A DNA stretch of 64,000 nt from Dehalococcoidia bacterium (GCA_965248065.1 OZ252088.1:1827343-1891342), one strand, 5' to 3'; counted from the first letter of the stretch, positions 18,987 to 29,238 are shown. A program made the numbers and translations. The notes: generated by a model from the sequence alone, not told the origin.

Positions 18987-19003
18987 AGCCACATCCCTTA
19001 CGC

Positions 19004-20242
19004 TTAGAACCCGCCCACGTCTGCTGCGCCGGAGGGCGGAGTGTAATCGGTGTACGCCCACTCGGGCATCGTGCTCTCCAGGCCCTCCAGGCCGATCATG
19101 CGCTCGTACTCCTCGCGGATGGCGGGGTCCTGGTCCGGGTAGGCGATAGCCCTCCCGCCGTCCCGCGTGTCCTGGGCGCCGCCGTCGCGGGCGTCGGAGC
19201 CCGGAGCGCCGCCGCTGCGCAGGCCGGGCCCGTAGGGGCCGTCGAAGATGAGGAACCGGATGCCGTTTGGCGACGTTCCAAAGTGCTGGTGGAACCAGTC
19301 GCCGGTCATGGGGGCTGCGCTGATCATGCCGACGGGCTCATAGTCCTGGCGCTTCACCTCGTCCCCGTGCCCGCTCTCGAAGGGGTGCTCGCCCAGCCGG
19401 TCGGGCCATGTGACGCTGTAGCCCTTACCGCGAATACAGACCAGGATTGCGCCCGAGGAGTGCTTGTGGGCCTTGGAATACTGGCCGGTCTCATACTGGC
19501 CGATCTTCATGTAGAAATTTGCGCCGGCCATGTGGGGCTCGACGCGCCGGTAGCTGAACGAGCGGCGGTTGTCGCGCGGCAGGTGGCAGTTGACGATGTC
19601 CGGGATGACGTTGGTGCGGCGCATAGCCAGCCCCCGCACCGGGTCCGCAAAGATGTCGTCGACGGGCTTGAAGTAATCATCCTCGGCGTCGAACAAGCCG
19701 GTGAACTGGTGGTTGTTGTTGAGGACGAACTCGGGATCGCGGACGAGATTCACGATGTTGGGGGCGGTGGTCGCGGCGAGGAGGAGGGCGGGGCTGGAAG
19801 TCGCGTTGACCAGTCGGTGGGTCGCGTTCAGCGGAATGCCGAACAGGGAGCCCGCGCTCCATTCGAACGTCTGCTTCTTGTTGGGGTTGCTGTCCTGCCA
19901 GACCTCGGTGGACCCCCTACCCTCCGCGACGTAGTAGATCTCCTCGTACATGTGCTTCTCGGGGTTGAGCGCGCCGGCGCCGGGGACCTCGACCACGTAC
20001 ATGCCCCAGAGGTGCTCGGTGCCCAGGAGCTGAATGGCGACGCCGTTGCCGCCCAAACGCTTCCACGGCTTCAGGGGCAGGTCCTGGATTCGGTGGACGC
20101 CGATATCGCGATGGATCTCTATGCCCTGCGATTCGATGAATTGGTCGTATGGAGACTTCGGCGTCTTCCAGAACCCGAAGCCGGCCTTGTTCATGCCCTC
20201 CGGCTCTTGCCAATCGGCCAATGGGGCGTTCTTGGTAACCAT
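19004..20242 (-). CDS. bicupin protein (paralog of 9961-11220)
   Basis: HMYEEIYYVAEGRGST; KAHKH...WFHQHF. Confidence 0.85.
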   Translation of the reverse strand: MVTKNAPLADWQEPEGMNKAGFGFWKTPKSPYDQFIESQGIEIHRDIGVHRIQDLPLKPWKRLGGNGVAIQLLGTEHLWGMYVVEVPGAGALNPEKHMYEEIYYVAEGRGSTEVWQDSNPNKKQTFEWSAGSLFGIPLNATHRLVNATSSPALLLAATTAPNIVNLVRDPEFVLNNNHQFTGLFDAEDDYFKPVDDIFADPVRGLAMRRTNVIPDIVNCHLPRDNRRSFSYRRVEPHMAGANFYMKIGQYETGQYSKAHKHSSGAILVCIRGKGYSVTWPDRLGEHPFESGHGDEVKRQDYEPVGMISAAPMTGDWFHQHFGTSPNGIRFLIFDGPYGPGLRSGGAPGSDARDGGAQDTRDGGRAIAYPDQDPAIREEYERMIGLEGLESTMPEWAYTDYTPPSGAADVGGF

Positions 20243-20394
20243 TGATTTCCTCCTGATGCTGGCCCTTCCTGCTCCCCGAGTGTAGAACGAGGCAGGGGGA
20301 CGGTCAACGCGGATGGCGCCCGCGGGCGTTGTGGCCGGCGCGCTTACCTCTTAGAATCCCCTCATCACAGACCCAAGCCGTGAGGAGGGTGGAT

Positions 20395-21495
20395 ATGTCC
20401 ACAGCAAATCTGGAACGAATCATCGACGGCGACGGCCACATCATGGAGGACATCGTCGGCATTGTTTCGTACATGCCGGACGAGTTCAAAGGCAAGAGTT
20501 TCGGTGAGGCGAGATCGCAGCGTAACCCCTTCCCGCCCATCGACCACCTGCATTCGGCCAACCGCCACGTCACGCCTCCCGGGGCGTTTGCCAGCGTCGG
20601 CCCCGACGGCTGGATTGACTTCCTCGACGAGGTTGGCGTCGACTCCACGGTGCTCTACACCACCAGCGGCCTCGGCTTCGGGAAAATCGTGAGCCGCGAC
20701 TGGGCCGTCATGCTCGCGCAGGCCTACAACAACTGGGTGTATGACACCTATATCTCTCGCGGCGATCGGTTCCAGGCGATGGGCCTGCTGCCGTTGCAGG
20801 AGCCGCAAGCGGCGGTGGAGGAGCTGCGCCGGATGGTGGAGGATTTGGGGTTCGTCGGGGCGATGCTCCCATCGACCGGCGCGCAGCAGCCGCACTTGGG
20901 CGATAGCAAATTCTGGCCTATCTACGCGGAGGCGGAGCGCCTCGGCTGCGCCCTGGGCATCCACGGCGGCGCCCACGAGGGGTTCCTCATGGACGACATG
21001 AGCCCCTACGCCCCCATCAACGCTCTCGGCCACCCAATGGGCCAGATGGTCGCTTTCGCCGGCATCGTCTTCAACGGCGTATTCGACAAGTACCCGGGGG
21101 TGCGCATCGGCTTCCTCGAGGCGGGCGCCGCCTGGCTGCTGACCTGCATGGAGCGGTTCAACGGCTCTTGGGCCTCCCATGTGCAGTACGACCCGCGCGG
21201 GCGCTTCCTCGACATCAGGGAGGGCGAACGCATGTCCGACTACATCTGCCGCCACGTCGAGGACGACCGGATTTTCGTGGGCGTCGAGGGTGACGAGCTG
21301 GCGCTGCCCGAGGCTGTCCGCCTCACGGGCAACAAGCCCTACCTCTTCTCATCCGACTACCCGCACGAGGTGGACGCGAACACCTGCAAGGCTGAACTCG
21401 ACGAGCTCAGGGAGAACTCGGACCTCTCGCCCGAGGACAAGGAAGCCATCATGCACCGCAACGCGGGCCGGTTCTACCGGCTGGCGGCCAACTAA
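20395..21495 (+). CDS. amidohydrolase family 2 protein
   Basis: IDGDGH, IHGG, FLEAG, FSSDYPH. Confidence 0.9.
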   Translation: MSTANLERIIDGDGHIMEDIVGIVSYMPDEFKGKSFGEARSQRNPFPPIDHLHSANRHVTPPGAFASVGPDGWIDFLDEVGVDSTVLYTTSGLGFGKIVSRDWAVMLAQAYNNWVYDTYISRGDRFQAMGLLPLQEPQAAVEELRRMVEDLGFVGAMLPSTGAQQPHLGDSKFWPIYAEAERLGCALGIHGGAHEGFLMDDMSPYAPINALGHPMGQMVAFAGIVFNGVFDKYPGVRIGFLEAGAAWLLTCMERFNGSWASHVQYDPRGRFLDIREGERMSDYICRHVEDDRIFVGVEGDELALPEAVRLTGNKPYLFSSDYPHEVDANTCKAELDELRENSDLSPEDKEAIMHRNAGRFYRLAAN

Positions 21496-21507
21496 AGGAG
21501 CACCGGC

Positions 21508-22599
21508 ATGACTACGGAAAACATCGAGCGCATCGTAGACGGCGACGGGCACCTGGTGGAGGACCACCAGGCGATCTGGGAACGGATGCCTGAGAGTTAC
21601 CGCGACCGCAGCTTCGTGACGACACGGGGCCCCTTCCCGCCCAACGATCACCTGCACGCGGCTAACCGCCACTTCTTGCCGGAGGGCGCGTTCGCCCGCG
21701 TCGGCCGCGAGGGTTGGATCGACTTCTTGCAGGACGTGGGCGTGGACAAGACCGTCCTCTACACCTCCAACGGCCTCGCGTTCGGGCGGGTCGTGAGCAG
21801 GGACTGGGCTATCGAGCTCGCCCGCGCGTACAACAACTGGGTGTATGACGAGTACGTCAGCAAGGACTCCCGGTTCCAGGCGATGGGCCTCATCCCGCTT
21901 CAGGAACCGGCTGAAGCCGCTATCGAACTGCGCCGCATCGTTGAGGAGCTCGGCTTCGCGGGCGCGATGCTGCCGGGCACCGGCGCGCTCCAGCTGCAGA
22001 ACCACCTTGGCGACCCCAAGTACTGGCCCATCTACGAGGAGGCGGACCGCCTGGGCTGCGCCATCGGCATCCACGGCGGCGTGCACGACCACATGGGCTT
22101 GGACGACATGAGCCCCTACGCGCCCGTGAACGCGCTCGGCCACCCGTTCGGCCAGATGGTGAACTTCGCCGGCATCGTGTTCAACGGGATCCTCGACAAG
22201 TATCCGAACGCCCGCTACGGCTTCCTCGAAGCAGGCTGCGCCTGGTTCATCGGCTGCCTCGAACGCTTCCAGCGCTCTTGGGACAGCCACATCCAGTACG
22301 ACCCGAACAGCCGCTTCCTTCAGATGAAGAATGGCGAGTCCGTGACCGATTACATCCTCCGGCACGTCGACGAGGGCCGAGTGTACGTTGGTGTGGAGGG
22401 CGGCGAGCTGACGTTGCCCTTCGCCGTAAAGGTGGCTGGCAACAAGCCCTTCATCTTCTCGTCGGACTTTCCGCATGAGGTGAACCACGAGACGTGCAAG
22501 GAGGAGATTGCGGAGATCCGTGAGAACCCCGACCTGACCTCCGCGGACAAGGCCGCGATTCTCCACGCCAACTCGGAGCGCTTCTACGGGCTCAACTAG
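21508..22599 (+). CDS. amidohydrolase family 2 protein, tandem paralog
   Basis: VDGDGH, FSSDFPH; collinear with upstream gene. Confidence 0.9.
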   Translation: MTTENIERIVDGDGHLVEDHQAIWERMPESYRDRSFVTTRGPFPPNDHLHAANRHFLPEGAFARVGREGWIDFLQDVGVDKTVLYTSNGLAFGRVVSRDWAIELARAYNNWVYDEYVSKDSRFQAMGLIPLQEPAEAAIELRRIVEELGFAGAMLPGTGALQLQNHLGDPKYWPIYEEADRLGCAIGIHGGVHDHMGLDDMSPYAPVNALGHPFGQMVNFAGIVFNGILDKYPNARYGFLEAGCAWFIGCLERFQRSWDSHIQYDPNSRFLQMKNGESVTDYILRHVDEGRVYVGVEGGELTLPFAVKVAGNKPFIFSSDFPHEVNHETCKEEIAEIRENPDLTSADKAAILHANSERFYGLN

Positions 22600-22638
22600 G
22601 CGTGGGCGGGGCGTTACTACGGCGGCACAGGAGGCGCG

Positions 22639-23700
22639 ATGGCTGACCACGCAGCCCTTCAGGCGGGTGTGAATAACTTGGTAAGGCACTGCGTGGCAGT
22701 CGAGCGCGGCGAGTCTGTGCTGTTGCTGAACGAGCGCGGCGGCTTGGACGCCGAGCTGGCTGCGCTGCTCGAAGAGGCAATCGCCGAAGCCGGAGGCGTC
22801 CCGTACTCCCTCTGGGTGGGCTCGCTCGCCCGCGCCGAAGAGCTGCCTCGTCCGGTCGCAGGCGCGGTCCTGGGCGCGGACAAGCTGCTGCTGAACTGTA
22901 ATCTGAACCGCGCGGTGCTGCTCGATCACCTTCGGGCCAATGGCGCGGCCGGGTTGGTGCGCATCAACAACCGCATCCGCGCGCCGGAAGGCATGACGAC
23001 CGACCACGCGCAGTTCGACTGGCGCCTCGTGATGGCGCTGGCGCACCGCATCGAGGAACGCACAGGGCAGGCCTCCACCTACCGGGTGACCAGCCCGCGC
23101 GGCACGGATATGTCCGGGCGCGTTGCGTCGGCGAGCGAAGTGGCGGATGCCTTCTTCGTGCAGGACGCGGAGATGAGCCGTGCCGAACGCGTTTTCCCCG
23201 GCGAGGTGTATGCGCCCATTGGCAGCGCGGACGCAAACGGCACGATTGCGTTCGATCACCCGGGCATGGCTGACCGAGAGCAGTTTCACAATCCGATGTT
23301 GCTGCAAGTGCGGGACAACGTGTTGAAGAGTATCGAATGGCGGGAAGAGCCTGCGCGTCCGAACCAAAGGGACGACCCAACCGGCAACACGGTCTGGACG
23401 AGCGCGCAGCTGCAGCACTTGCTGGACGCCAGCGAGGCGCGCTACGGGACCGGGGCCGCCTACGCGGTGGACTCTTTCCACGGCGGCTTCCACCCCAAAG
23501 CCGCCAAGCGGCCCGGACAGCAGAGCAACCAGGACGTGATGCACTTCCACGTCGGCAGGACGCCGGCGCCTCTCTCCGCCTACGTCTCCGACCAAACGAT
23601 AGAGCTGGATGGCCAGCCGTTCTGGGAGCATGGGCGCTCCACCCTGCTTCAGGAGCAGCACATCAGGGAGATGGCGAGAGAATACGGGGAGGAGATATAG
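22639..23700 (+). CDS. aminopeptidase-fold protein (M29/NicX-like)
   Basis: GESVLLL, RVTSPRGTD, FPGEVY, NGTIAFD, HFHVG. Confidence 0.6.
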   Translation: MADHAALQAGVNNLVRHCVAVERGESVLLLNERGGLDAELAALLEEAIAEAGGVPYSLWVGSLARAEELPRPVAGAVLGADKLLLNCNLNRAVLLDHLRANGAAGLVRINNRIRAPEGMTTDHAQFDWRLVMALAHRIEERTGQASTYRVTSPRGTDMSGRVASASEVADAFFVQDAEMSRAERVFPGEVYAPIGSADANGTIAFDHPGMADREQFHNPMLLQVRDNVLKSIEWREEPARPNQRDDPTGNTVWTSAQLQHLLDASEARYGTGAAYAVDSFHGGFHPKAAKRPGQQSNQDVMHFHVGRTPAPLSAYVSDQTIELDGQPFWEHGRSTLLQEQHIREMAREYGEEI

Positions 23701-24669
23701 ATGGCGGACGTTCCCCTCAGCATCGCGCTGGAGCACTACGACAGGCACATGCCTTGGGTTGAGGGGACGGTGCGCCCCAACGGCATCGAACCCACCGTGC
23801 TGATCGTTGGGCAGGACGGCGCAGGCGGGAGACGGCACGAGCGCATGCTGCTGCACCGCGAGTTCGACGTCTGCGAGCTGTCGCTGGGCTCCTACGTCAT
23901 GGCCAAGGCGCGGGGCGCGGCGCTTACGGCCATCCCCGTCTTCCCACGGCGGCTGTTCAGCCAGTCGCAGATGTACGTGAACACGCAGTCCGGCATCCGC
24001 GAGCCGAAAGACCTCATCGGCAGGCGCGTTGCACTGCGCTCGTTCCAGACGACCCTCTCCGTGCTTGCCAAGGGCGACCTCGGCAGTGAGTACGGCGTGC
24101 CGCTCGACGGCGTTACGTGGGTGACGACTGCCGACGAGCCTGTCGCGTTCGACCCTCCGCCCGGCGTGACGGTCGAGCGCATGGACGCGCAGCGCAAACT
24201 CGGCGACGCCCTCGTCGAGGGCGAGGTGGCCGCGTTCCTGTCGCCGCGTCCGCCCCAGCCGTATCTGGAGGGCGCGCCCGAAGTGGGGCGGCTGTTCGAC
24301 GACCCGCGCGCCGAGGAGGTGCGCTACTACCAGCGCAATGGCTTCTACCCCATCATGCACGTGGTGGCGATGAAGTCGGAGGTCGCCGAGCAGCACCCGT
24401 GGGCGCCGGTGAGCCTGCTGGACGGTTTCGAGCAGGCGAAACAGCAATGGGCGCACTACATGGACGACCCTAACTGGAGCAGGCTCACGTGGGGACGGCA
24501 CTACCTTGAAGAGGAGCGCCGCGTGCTCGGCCCGGACCCGTGGCCGGCAGGCGTCGCGGCGAACCGCGCCAACCTCGAGCGGTTCATCCGTTACGAGGTC
24601 GAGCAGGGCCTCATCCCGGAGCCGCTCGCCGTCGAGGACCTCTTCTTCGAGACGACGCTGGAGACCTAA
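23701..24669 (+). CDS. 4,5-dihydroxyphthalate decarboxylase-like / SBP-fold protein
   Basis: FDVCELSL, AIPVFPRR, FYPIMHVV, PWPAGV..NR. Confidence 0.8.
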   Translation: MADVPLSIALEHYDRHMPWVEGTVRPNGIEPTVLIVGQDGAGGRRHERMLLHREFDVCELSLGSYVMAKARGAALTAIPVFPRRLFSQSQMYVNTQSGIREPKDLIGRRVALRSFQTTLSVLAKGDLGSEYGVPLDGVTWVTTADEPVAFDPPPGVTVERMDAQRKLGDALVEGEVAAFLSPRPPQPYLEGAPEVGRLFDDPRAEEVRYYQRNGFYPIMHVVAMKSEVAEQHPWAPVSLLDGFEQAKQQWAHYMDDPNWSRLTWGRHYLEEERRVLGPDPWPAGVAANRANLERFIRYEVEQGLIPEPLAVEDLFFETTLET

Positions 24670-24717
24670 CGAATCGCTGCCGATACTGGCGGAACCCTGC
24701 ACAGGGAGGAGAACGAC

Positions 24718-25305
24718 ATGACACAGACCATCACCTACACCGAGCAGCAGTTCATCGCCGACATCCGAGAGGCGTTCGCGGACCACCGTGACGCCGTGCA
24801 GCAGGCGCACACCGTCGCCGGACTGATGCGCCGCGCGTTCGAGAGCGGCTGGCCGGAGAACAGTGAGAAGTTCGGCGATGGCGATGGCACGTACGAGGTC
24901 TACCGCGACGCTGAGTACGGCCACCCCGGACCAGGCTTCGTCATCCTCACGTACCGACAGCCTCCGCAGCAGATCAAGCGCCCTGCCCCGCACGACCACG
25001 GCGTCTGCTGGGTCGCCTACGGCGTCAAGAGCGGCGGCAACACCCAGACGCGCTACGCCTACAGGCACGCGGGCGACGATGCGGAACTGCCGTCGTTCGA
25101 ACTGGTGCAGACCATGGAGCAGGGACCGGGCGACGTGCATTACATCCTGCCCGGCGAGGTCCACAACGTGCAGGGCTCGATCACCGATGAGACGATCTAC
25201 GCACGTATCACGAGCATGGACCTGGATAACGTGCAGCGCCATCGCTACGACGTGGAGAGCGGGCGCAGCGCGGTCTTCTCCTCCGCCACGACGGTAGCGC
25301 CGTAG
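24718..25305 (+). CDS. cysteine dioxygenase-like cupin
   Basis: PHDHG..WVAYGV, PGEVHNV. Confidence 0.7.
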   Translation: MTQTITYTEQQFIADIREAFADHRDAVQQAHTVAGLMRRAFESGWPENSEKFGDGDGTYEVYRDAEYGHPGPGFVILTYRQPPQQIKRPAPHDHGVCWVAYGVKSGGNTQTRYAYRHAGDDAELPSFELVQTMEQGPGDVHYILPGEVHNVQGSITDETIYARITSMDLDNVQRHRYDVESGRSAVFSSATTVAP

Positions 25306-25307
25306 GC

Positions 25308-26222
25308 ATGGCAGTCTCCGTAGCGGTCGGGAACCGTCTCATCACGCGCCACTTGCTGAACGGGCGCATCGCTATCGACTGGCCGGAGGTGGAACTCGTG
25401 GACGCGGGCCCAGCGCCGGCGCCCATCTTCCCCGCGATGGTGACGACGCGTCCCTACGACGTGGGCGAGCTGACCATCGGCAACTTCATCGTAGCGAAGG
25501 ACAACGGCGTGCGCCTCGTTGCGCTGCCCATCTTCCCCAACCTCTTCTTTCCGCTCACGGGCGTCACCGTGAACGATGGCGCGGGCATCGCCGAGATTGG
25601 CGACCTCGCGGGCAAGCGTGTCGGCGTGCCCCTGGGGTTCGCGTCGAACCCGGCTGTGTGGCTGCGCGGCATCCTCGCGCATCACCACGGCGTAGCCGCT
25701 GACAGCATCACGTGGGTCGAGGGCCAGAACGACTCGCTGCGCGGCGTGCCCTACCCCAAGCCGGAGCGCTTCTCTCGTGAGCAGATGGCGGACCTCGACG
25801 AGCGGCTCGCGGCTGGCGATCTCGACGCGCTCGTCGTCGCGGGCGGGAACGCGGCGCAGGCCGAGAACGTGCGGTTGCTCATCGACGACCCCTACCCGCT
25901 CTTGGAGAGCTACCACGCCGCTACAGGCGTCTTCCCCATCAACACGCTTCTCGTGATGAAGGAAGAGTCCGCCGCCGAGCACCCCGGACTCGCCGAAGCC
26001 GTGTGCAAGGCGATGGACGAGGCGACCGCCATCTACATGGCGGAGGAGCCGGACGACGCCGTCCATCAGGGCTTGCGTGTCGGCGACCTGCGCCGCATCG
26101 GCCTCTTCCCGCGAGCGCAGGGCCTCGACGTGCACGGCGCATCTGTCCGCGCCGTCGTGGACTACCTCTACGAGACGGACATAGTCCGCAAGCACTGGAC
26201 GCTGGAGGAGCTGTTCGTGTGA
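25308..26222 (+). CDS. 4,5-dihydroxyphthalate decarboxylase-like / SBP-fold paralog
   Basis: YDVGELT, ALPIFP, VWLRGIL, GVFPINT. Confidence 0.75.
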   Translation: MAVSVAVGNRLITRHLLNGRIAIDWPEVELVDAGPAPAPIFPAMVTTRPYDVGELTIGNFIVAKDNGVRLVALPIFPNLFFPLTGVTVNDGAGIAEIGDLAGKRVGVPLGFASNPAVWLRGILAHHHGVAADSITWVEGQNDSLRGVPYPKPERFSREQMADLDERLAAGDLDALVVAGGNAAQAENVRLLIDDPYPLLESYHAATGVFPINTLLVMKEESAAEHPGLAEAVCKAMDEATAIYMAEEPDDAVHQGLRVGDLRRIGLFPRAQGLDVHGASVRAVVDYLYETDIVRKHWTLEELFV

Positions 26223-26227
26223 GGCCT

Positions 26228-26482
26228 CTACAGCCCAACCATCCTGTCGTAGTCGGGATGGGCGCCGATCCACACCCAGATGAAGTCGTCTCCGTCCTCC
26301 ACCGCAAGGGCGCGATAGGAGAGCCCGACCCTGGCTGACCAGAACCCGCCAACCTTCTTGAATCAGAGAGAAGGGTGTCGTGGATTCTCCTTGAGAAGAC
26401 GAAAGTTGCGCCCCGCGACTCTCTGGGCTGCTTCGGGCAGCCGTTCAAAATGCCGCCAGAAGTCAGGTGTCGTGCGATGCAC
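26228..26482 (-). pseudogene. RelE/ParE-like toxin with in-frame TGA
   Basis: VHRTTPDFW...NPRHPSL*FKKVGGFWSARVGLSYRALA...WIGAHPDYD; stop at 26363-26365. Confidence 0.8.
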
Positions 26483-26682
26483 TACAGCTCTTTCAGTGTG
26501 CCTTCTCGCTCGGCTTCTTTGGCTTGAGACACGAGGAAGTCCAGCTTGCCTGCTTCCGAATCCGTCCCTATCTGCCGATCCCATTCTTCCCAGTCATACT
26601 CATTGAGCCAGCGCATTAGCTGGGCGTAGTCGGACTTAGTGAGGCTTATGATTGCCCGCTGAATCTCGGCTACACTCGACAT
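26482..26682 (-). CDS. putative antitoxin
   Basis: MSSVAEIQRAI...WDRQI..D..AGKLDFL; translationally coupled to the toxin. Confidence 0.8.
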   Translation of the reverse strand: MSSVAEIQRAIISLTKSDYAQLMRWLNEYDWEEWDRQIGTDSEAGKLDFLVSQAKEAEREGTLKEL

Positions 26683-26971
26683 AGTTCATTCTCCTCTGTA
26701 CGGAAGTAACCGCCGCTCAGCCCTTACTTCACCAGCTTCACGTTAAGCCCTTCAGAGTAGAGTTGACAACTGCTCACCGCTGCTCAAGGGCAAAGGGTCT
26801 GCGCAGGCATCGCCGCTGGAGTCCTCGTGGAGTCCTGCGGCAGGTCAATCCTTACCCGACCATGAGGCCGGGTGCAACGGAACAGTTACGCGGAAGCCCA
26901 TCGTAGCCCTTGCGTTGCGTTCAATCCTCACCGGACCACGACGGGGAAATCTTGCACGCGCGGCTCGCCCC

Positions 26972-28873
26972 CTACCCGCCGACCTCGCCCTTCAGCTCCC
27001 GCCAGGCGGCGCGGGCCTCGTCTACGGAGCCCTCGTCTTCGATGGTGGTGATGTCGCCGGGGTCGGTGTCGAGGGTTACGGCTTTGAGGACGCGGCGCAT
27101 GATCTTGCCGCTGCGGGTCTTGGGGAGCATCTTCACGAAGTTGACCTCGCCGATGACGGCGAAGGAGCCGAGCTCCCTGCGCACGGTCTCGATGAGCTCG
27201 CCGCGCAGCTTGTCGCTGGACGTCCGTCCGTCCTTGAGCACGATGAAGGACGATATGACCTCGCCGCGCAGGTCGTCGGGGCGTCCGGTTACGCCCGCTT
27301 CCGCGACATCGTCGTGGCGGAGGAAGGCGGACTCGACCTCGATGGTGCCGATGCGGTGCGCAGCGATCTTGATGACCTCGTCGGCCCGGCCTGAGAACCA
27401 CACGTAGCCGTCGTCGTCCAGCTCGGCGAGGTCGCCGGTGAAGTAGACGCCGTGGATGCGCTCCCAGTAGTCGGCGCCGTAGCGGGCGGGGTCGCCCCAG
27501 AGGGTTGGCGTGAGGTTCGGGAAGGGGCGCTTGAGGACGAGGATGCCCTTCTCTCCGGGCTCGCAAAGCCGGCCCTCGGGGGTCATCACGGCGAGGTCCA
27601 TGCCGGGCAGCGGGATGCCCGCGGAGCCGGGCTTCTGGGGCAGCATGCCGATGCCGTAGGGGTTGCCGATAACCGGCGCGCCGGTCTCCGTCTGCCACCA
27701 GTTGTCGATGACGGGGACGCGGTCTTCGAGCACGCGCTTCTGGAGCCATTCCCACACGGCGGGGTTCAGCACCTCGCCGGCGCAGACGATGCGCTGCAGC
27801 GCGGAGATGTCGAAGCCCTTGGCCGGCTCCTCGCCGAACTTCATCAGGAGGCGGACGGCGGTAGGAGACGTGAAGACGCCGGTGATGCCGAACTCCTCGA
27901 TGAGCTTCCAGAAGACGTCAGGGCCGGGGTAGTCGAGCGCGCCCTCGTACAGAATGGAGGTCGCGCCGAACAGCAGCGGGCCGTAGACGATGTAGCTGTG
28001 GCCGACGGCCCATCCGAGGTCGGAGGTCGCCCACCAAACGTCGTCGCCGTTGAGGTCGAAGCACCATCGCCCCTGGCTGTAGACGCCCACGGGATAGCCG
28101 CCGTGGGTGTGGACCGCGAGCTTCGGCGTGGCCGTCGTGCCGGACGTGGCGAGGATGTAGGCGGGGTCGTTGGCCTCCATCGGCTCGATCTCGCTGCTGT
28201 TCCCCGCGGCGCCTTCGAGGAACTCGCTCCACGACAGGTCGCGCCCGCTCTTCATGGGGACGCCCTCGTTGCGGAGCACGACGACCTGATGCTCGACGGT
28301 GTCGCAGCCGAGCTCGAGGGCGTCGTCGACGATGCGCTTGAGCTGGACCTGCGTCCCCTTGCGGTAGGCGACGTCGGCGCTGAACACGGCGCGGGAGCCG
28401 CTCGCCTTGATGCGGTCGGCGAGGGCCGGAGCGCCGAAGCCCGCGAATACGACGGAATGCACCGCGCCGATGCGGACCGTCGCCAGCATGAGCGCCACGG
28501 TCTCCAGGGAGTTGGGCATGTAGATGGTGAGGCGGTCGCCCTTGCCGAGTCCGAGTCCGCGGAGGGCGGCTGCGGCGCGCTCGACCTCGCGCTTGAGCTG
28601 GGCGTAGGTGATGATGCGGCGGTCGCCGAGCTCGTTGGCGTAGATGAAGGCGGCGTGCCCTCCCCTGCCTGCGCTGACCTGATGGTCGACGCACATGTAG
28701 GAGAGGTTGGTCTGCGCGCCGAGGAACCATCTGAACGAGGGATAGTCGGCCTCGAACACCTTGTCCCAGGTCTTGAGCCACGGCAGCTCGCGGGCCGCGC
28801 TGTCCCAGAAGGCATCCGGGTCCTCGACGCCGGCGCGCAGCCGGTTCTTGATGACGGGGTTGATCAGGTCCAT
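26972..28873 (-). CDS. acs: acetate--CoA ligase
   Basis: TSGTTATPK, WWQTETG, YFTGD, LPKTRSGKIMRR. Confidence 0.88.
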   Translation of the reverse strand: MDLINPVIKNRLRAGVEDPDAFWDSAARELPWLKTWDKVFEADYPSFRWFLGAQTNLSYMCVDHQVSAGRGGHAAFIYANELGDRRIITYAQLKREVERAAAALRGLGLGKGDRLTIYMPNSLETVALMLATVRIGAVHSVVFAGFGAPALADRIKASGSRAVFSADVAYRKGTQVQLKRIVDDALELGCDTVEHQVVVLRNEGVPMKSGRDLSWSEFLEGAAGNSSEIEPMEANDPAYILATSGTTATPKLAVHTHGGYPVGVYSQGRWCFDLNGDDVWWATSDLGWAVGHSYIVYGPLLFGATSILYEGALDYPGPDVFWKLIEEFGITGVFTSPTAVRLLMKFGEEPAKGFDISALQRIVCAGEVLNPAVWEWLQKRVLEDRVPVIDNWWQTETGAPVIGNPYGIGMLPQKPGSAGIPLPGMDLAVMTPEGRLCEPGEKGILVLKRPFPNLTPTLWGDPARYGADYWERIHGVYFTGDLAELDDDGYVWFSGRADEVIKIAAHRIGTIEVESAFLRHDDVAEAGVTGRPDDLRGEVISSFIVLKDGRTSSDKLRGELIETVRRELGSFAVIGEVNFVKMLPKTRSGKIMRRVLKAVTLDTDPGDITTIEDEGSVDEARAAWRELKGEVGG

Positions 28874-29050
28874 CTCTCCTCCTCTACGCCGCCGGGCGAC
28901 TGCCTTCCGCCCGCCGCCCAACTTTACTCTGTGCCCTTCCCTACTTCCTAGGCTAGTGCGCGCCCCCGGCAGAGCCATCCGCGCCCCCTCCGTCATTCCC
29001 GCGAAGGCGGGAACCTCGTAGCGGCGCGACAGCGCCGCGATCCCTCTCCC

Positions 29051-29150
29051 CCTCCTGTCCCCTCCCGTCCCCTCCTGTCCCCTCCCGTCCCCTCCTGTCC
29101 CCTCCCGTTCCCTCCTGTCCCCTCCCGTCCCCTCCCGTCCCCTCCGGTTC
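29051..29150. repeat. 10-bp minisatellite CCTCC(T/C)GTCC x10
   Basis: Directly visible tandem repeat. Confidence 0.95.
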
Positions 29151-29238
29151 TCTCGCCCCGTCTGCGGGAGAGAGCTAGAGAGAGGGTCTCCCCGTCCGCC
29201 CGCCAACCAACCCCCTCCGCTCAGCGCCGCCCCCACTA

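Noticed and set aside
21349-25242. 1297-aa minus-strand ORF
   Set aside because: Antisense shadow of the + strand operon in high-GC DNA; no recognisable domain.
26363-26365. Selenocysteine or recoded TGA
   Set aside because: The position is not a Cys site in this toxin family and TGA is used as a normal stop elsewhere in the window.
26700-26895. Partial GAACAGTTACG match to the 4373 MITE end
   Set aside because: Only 11 bp and no convincing partner end.
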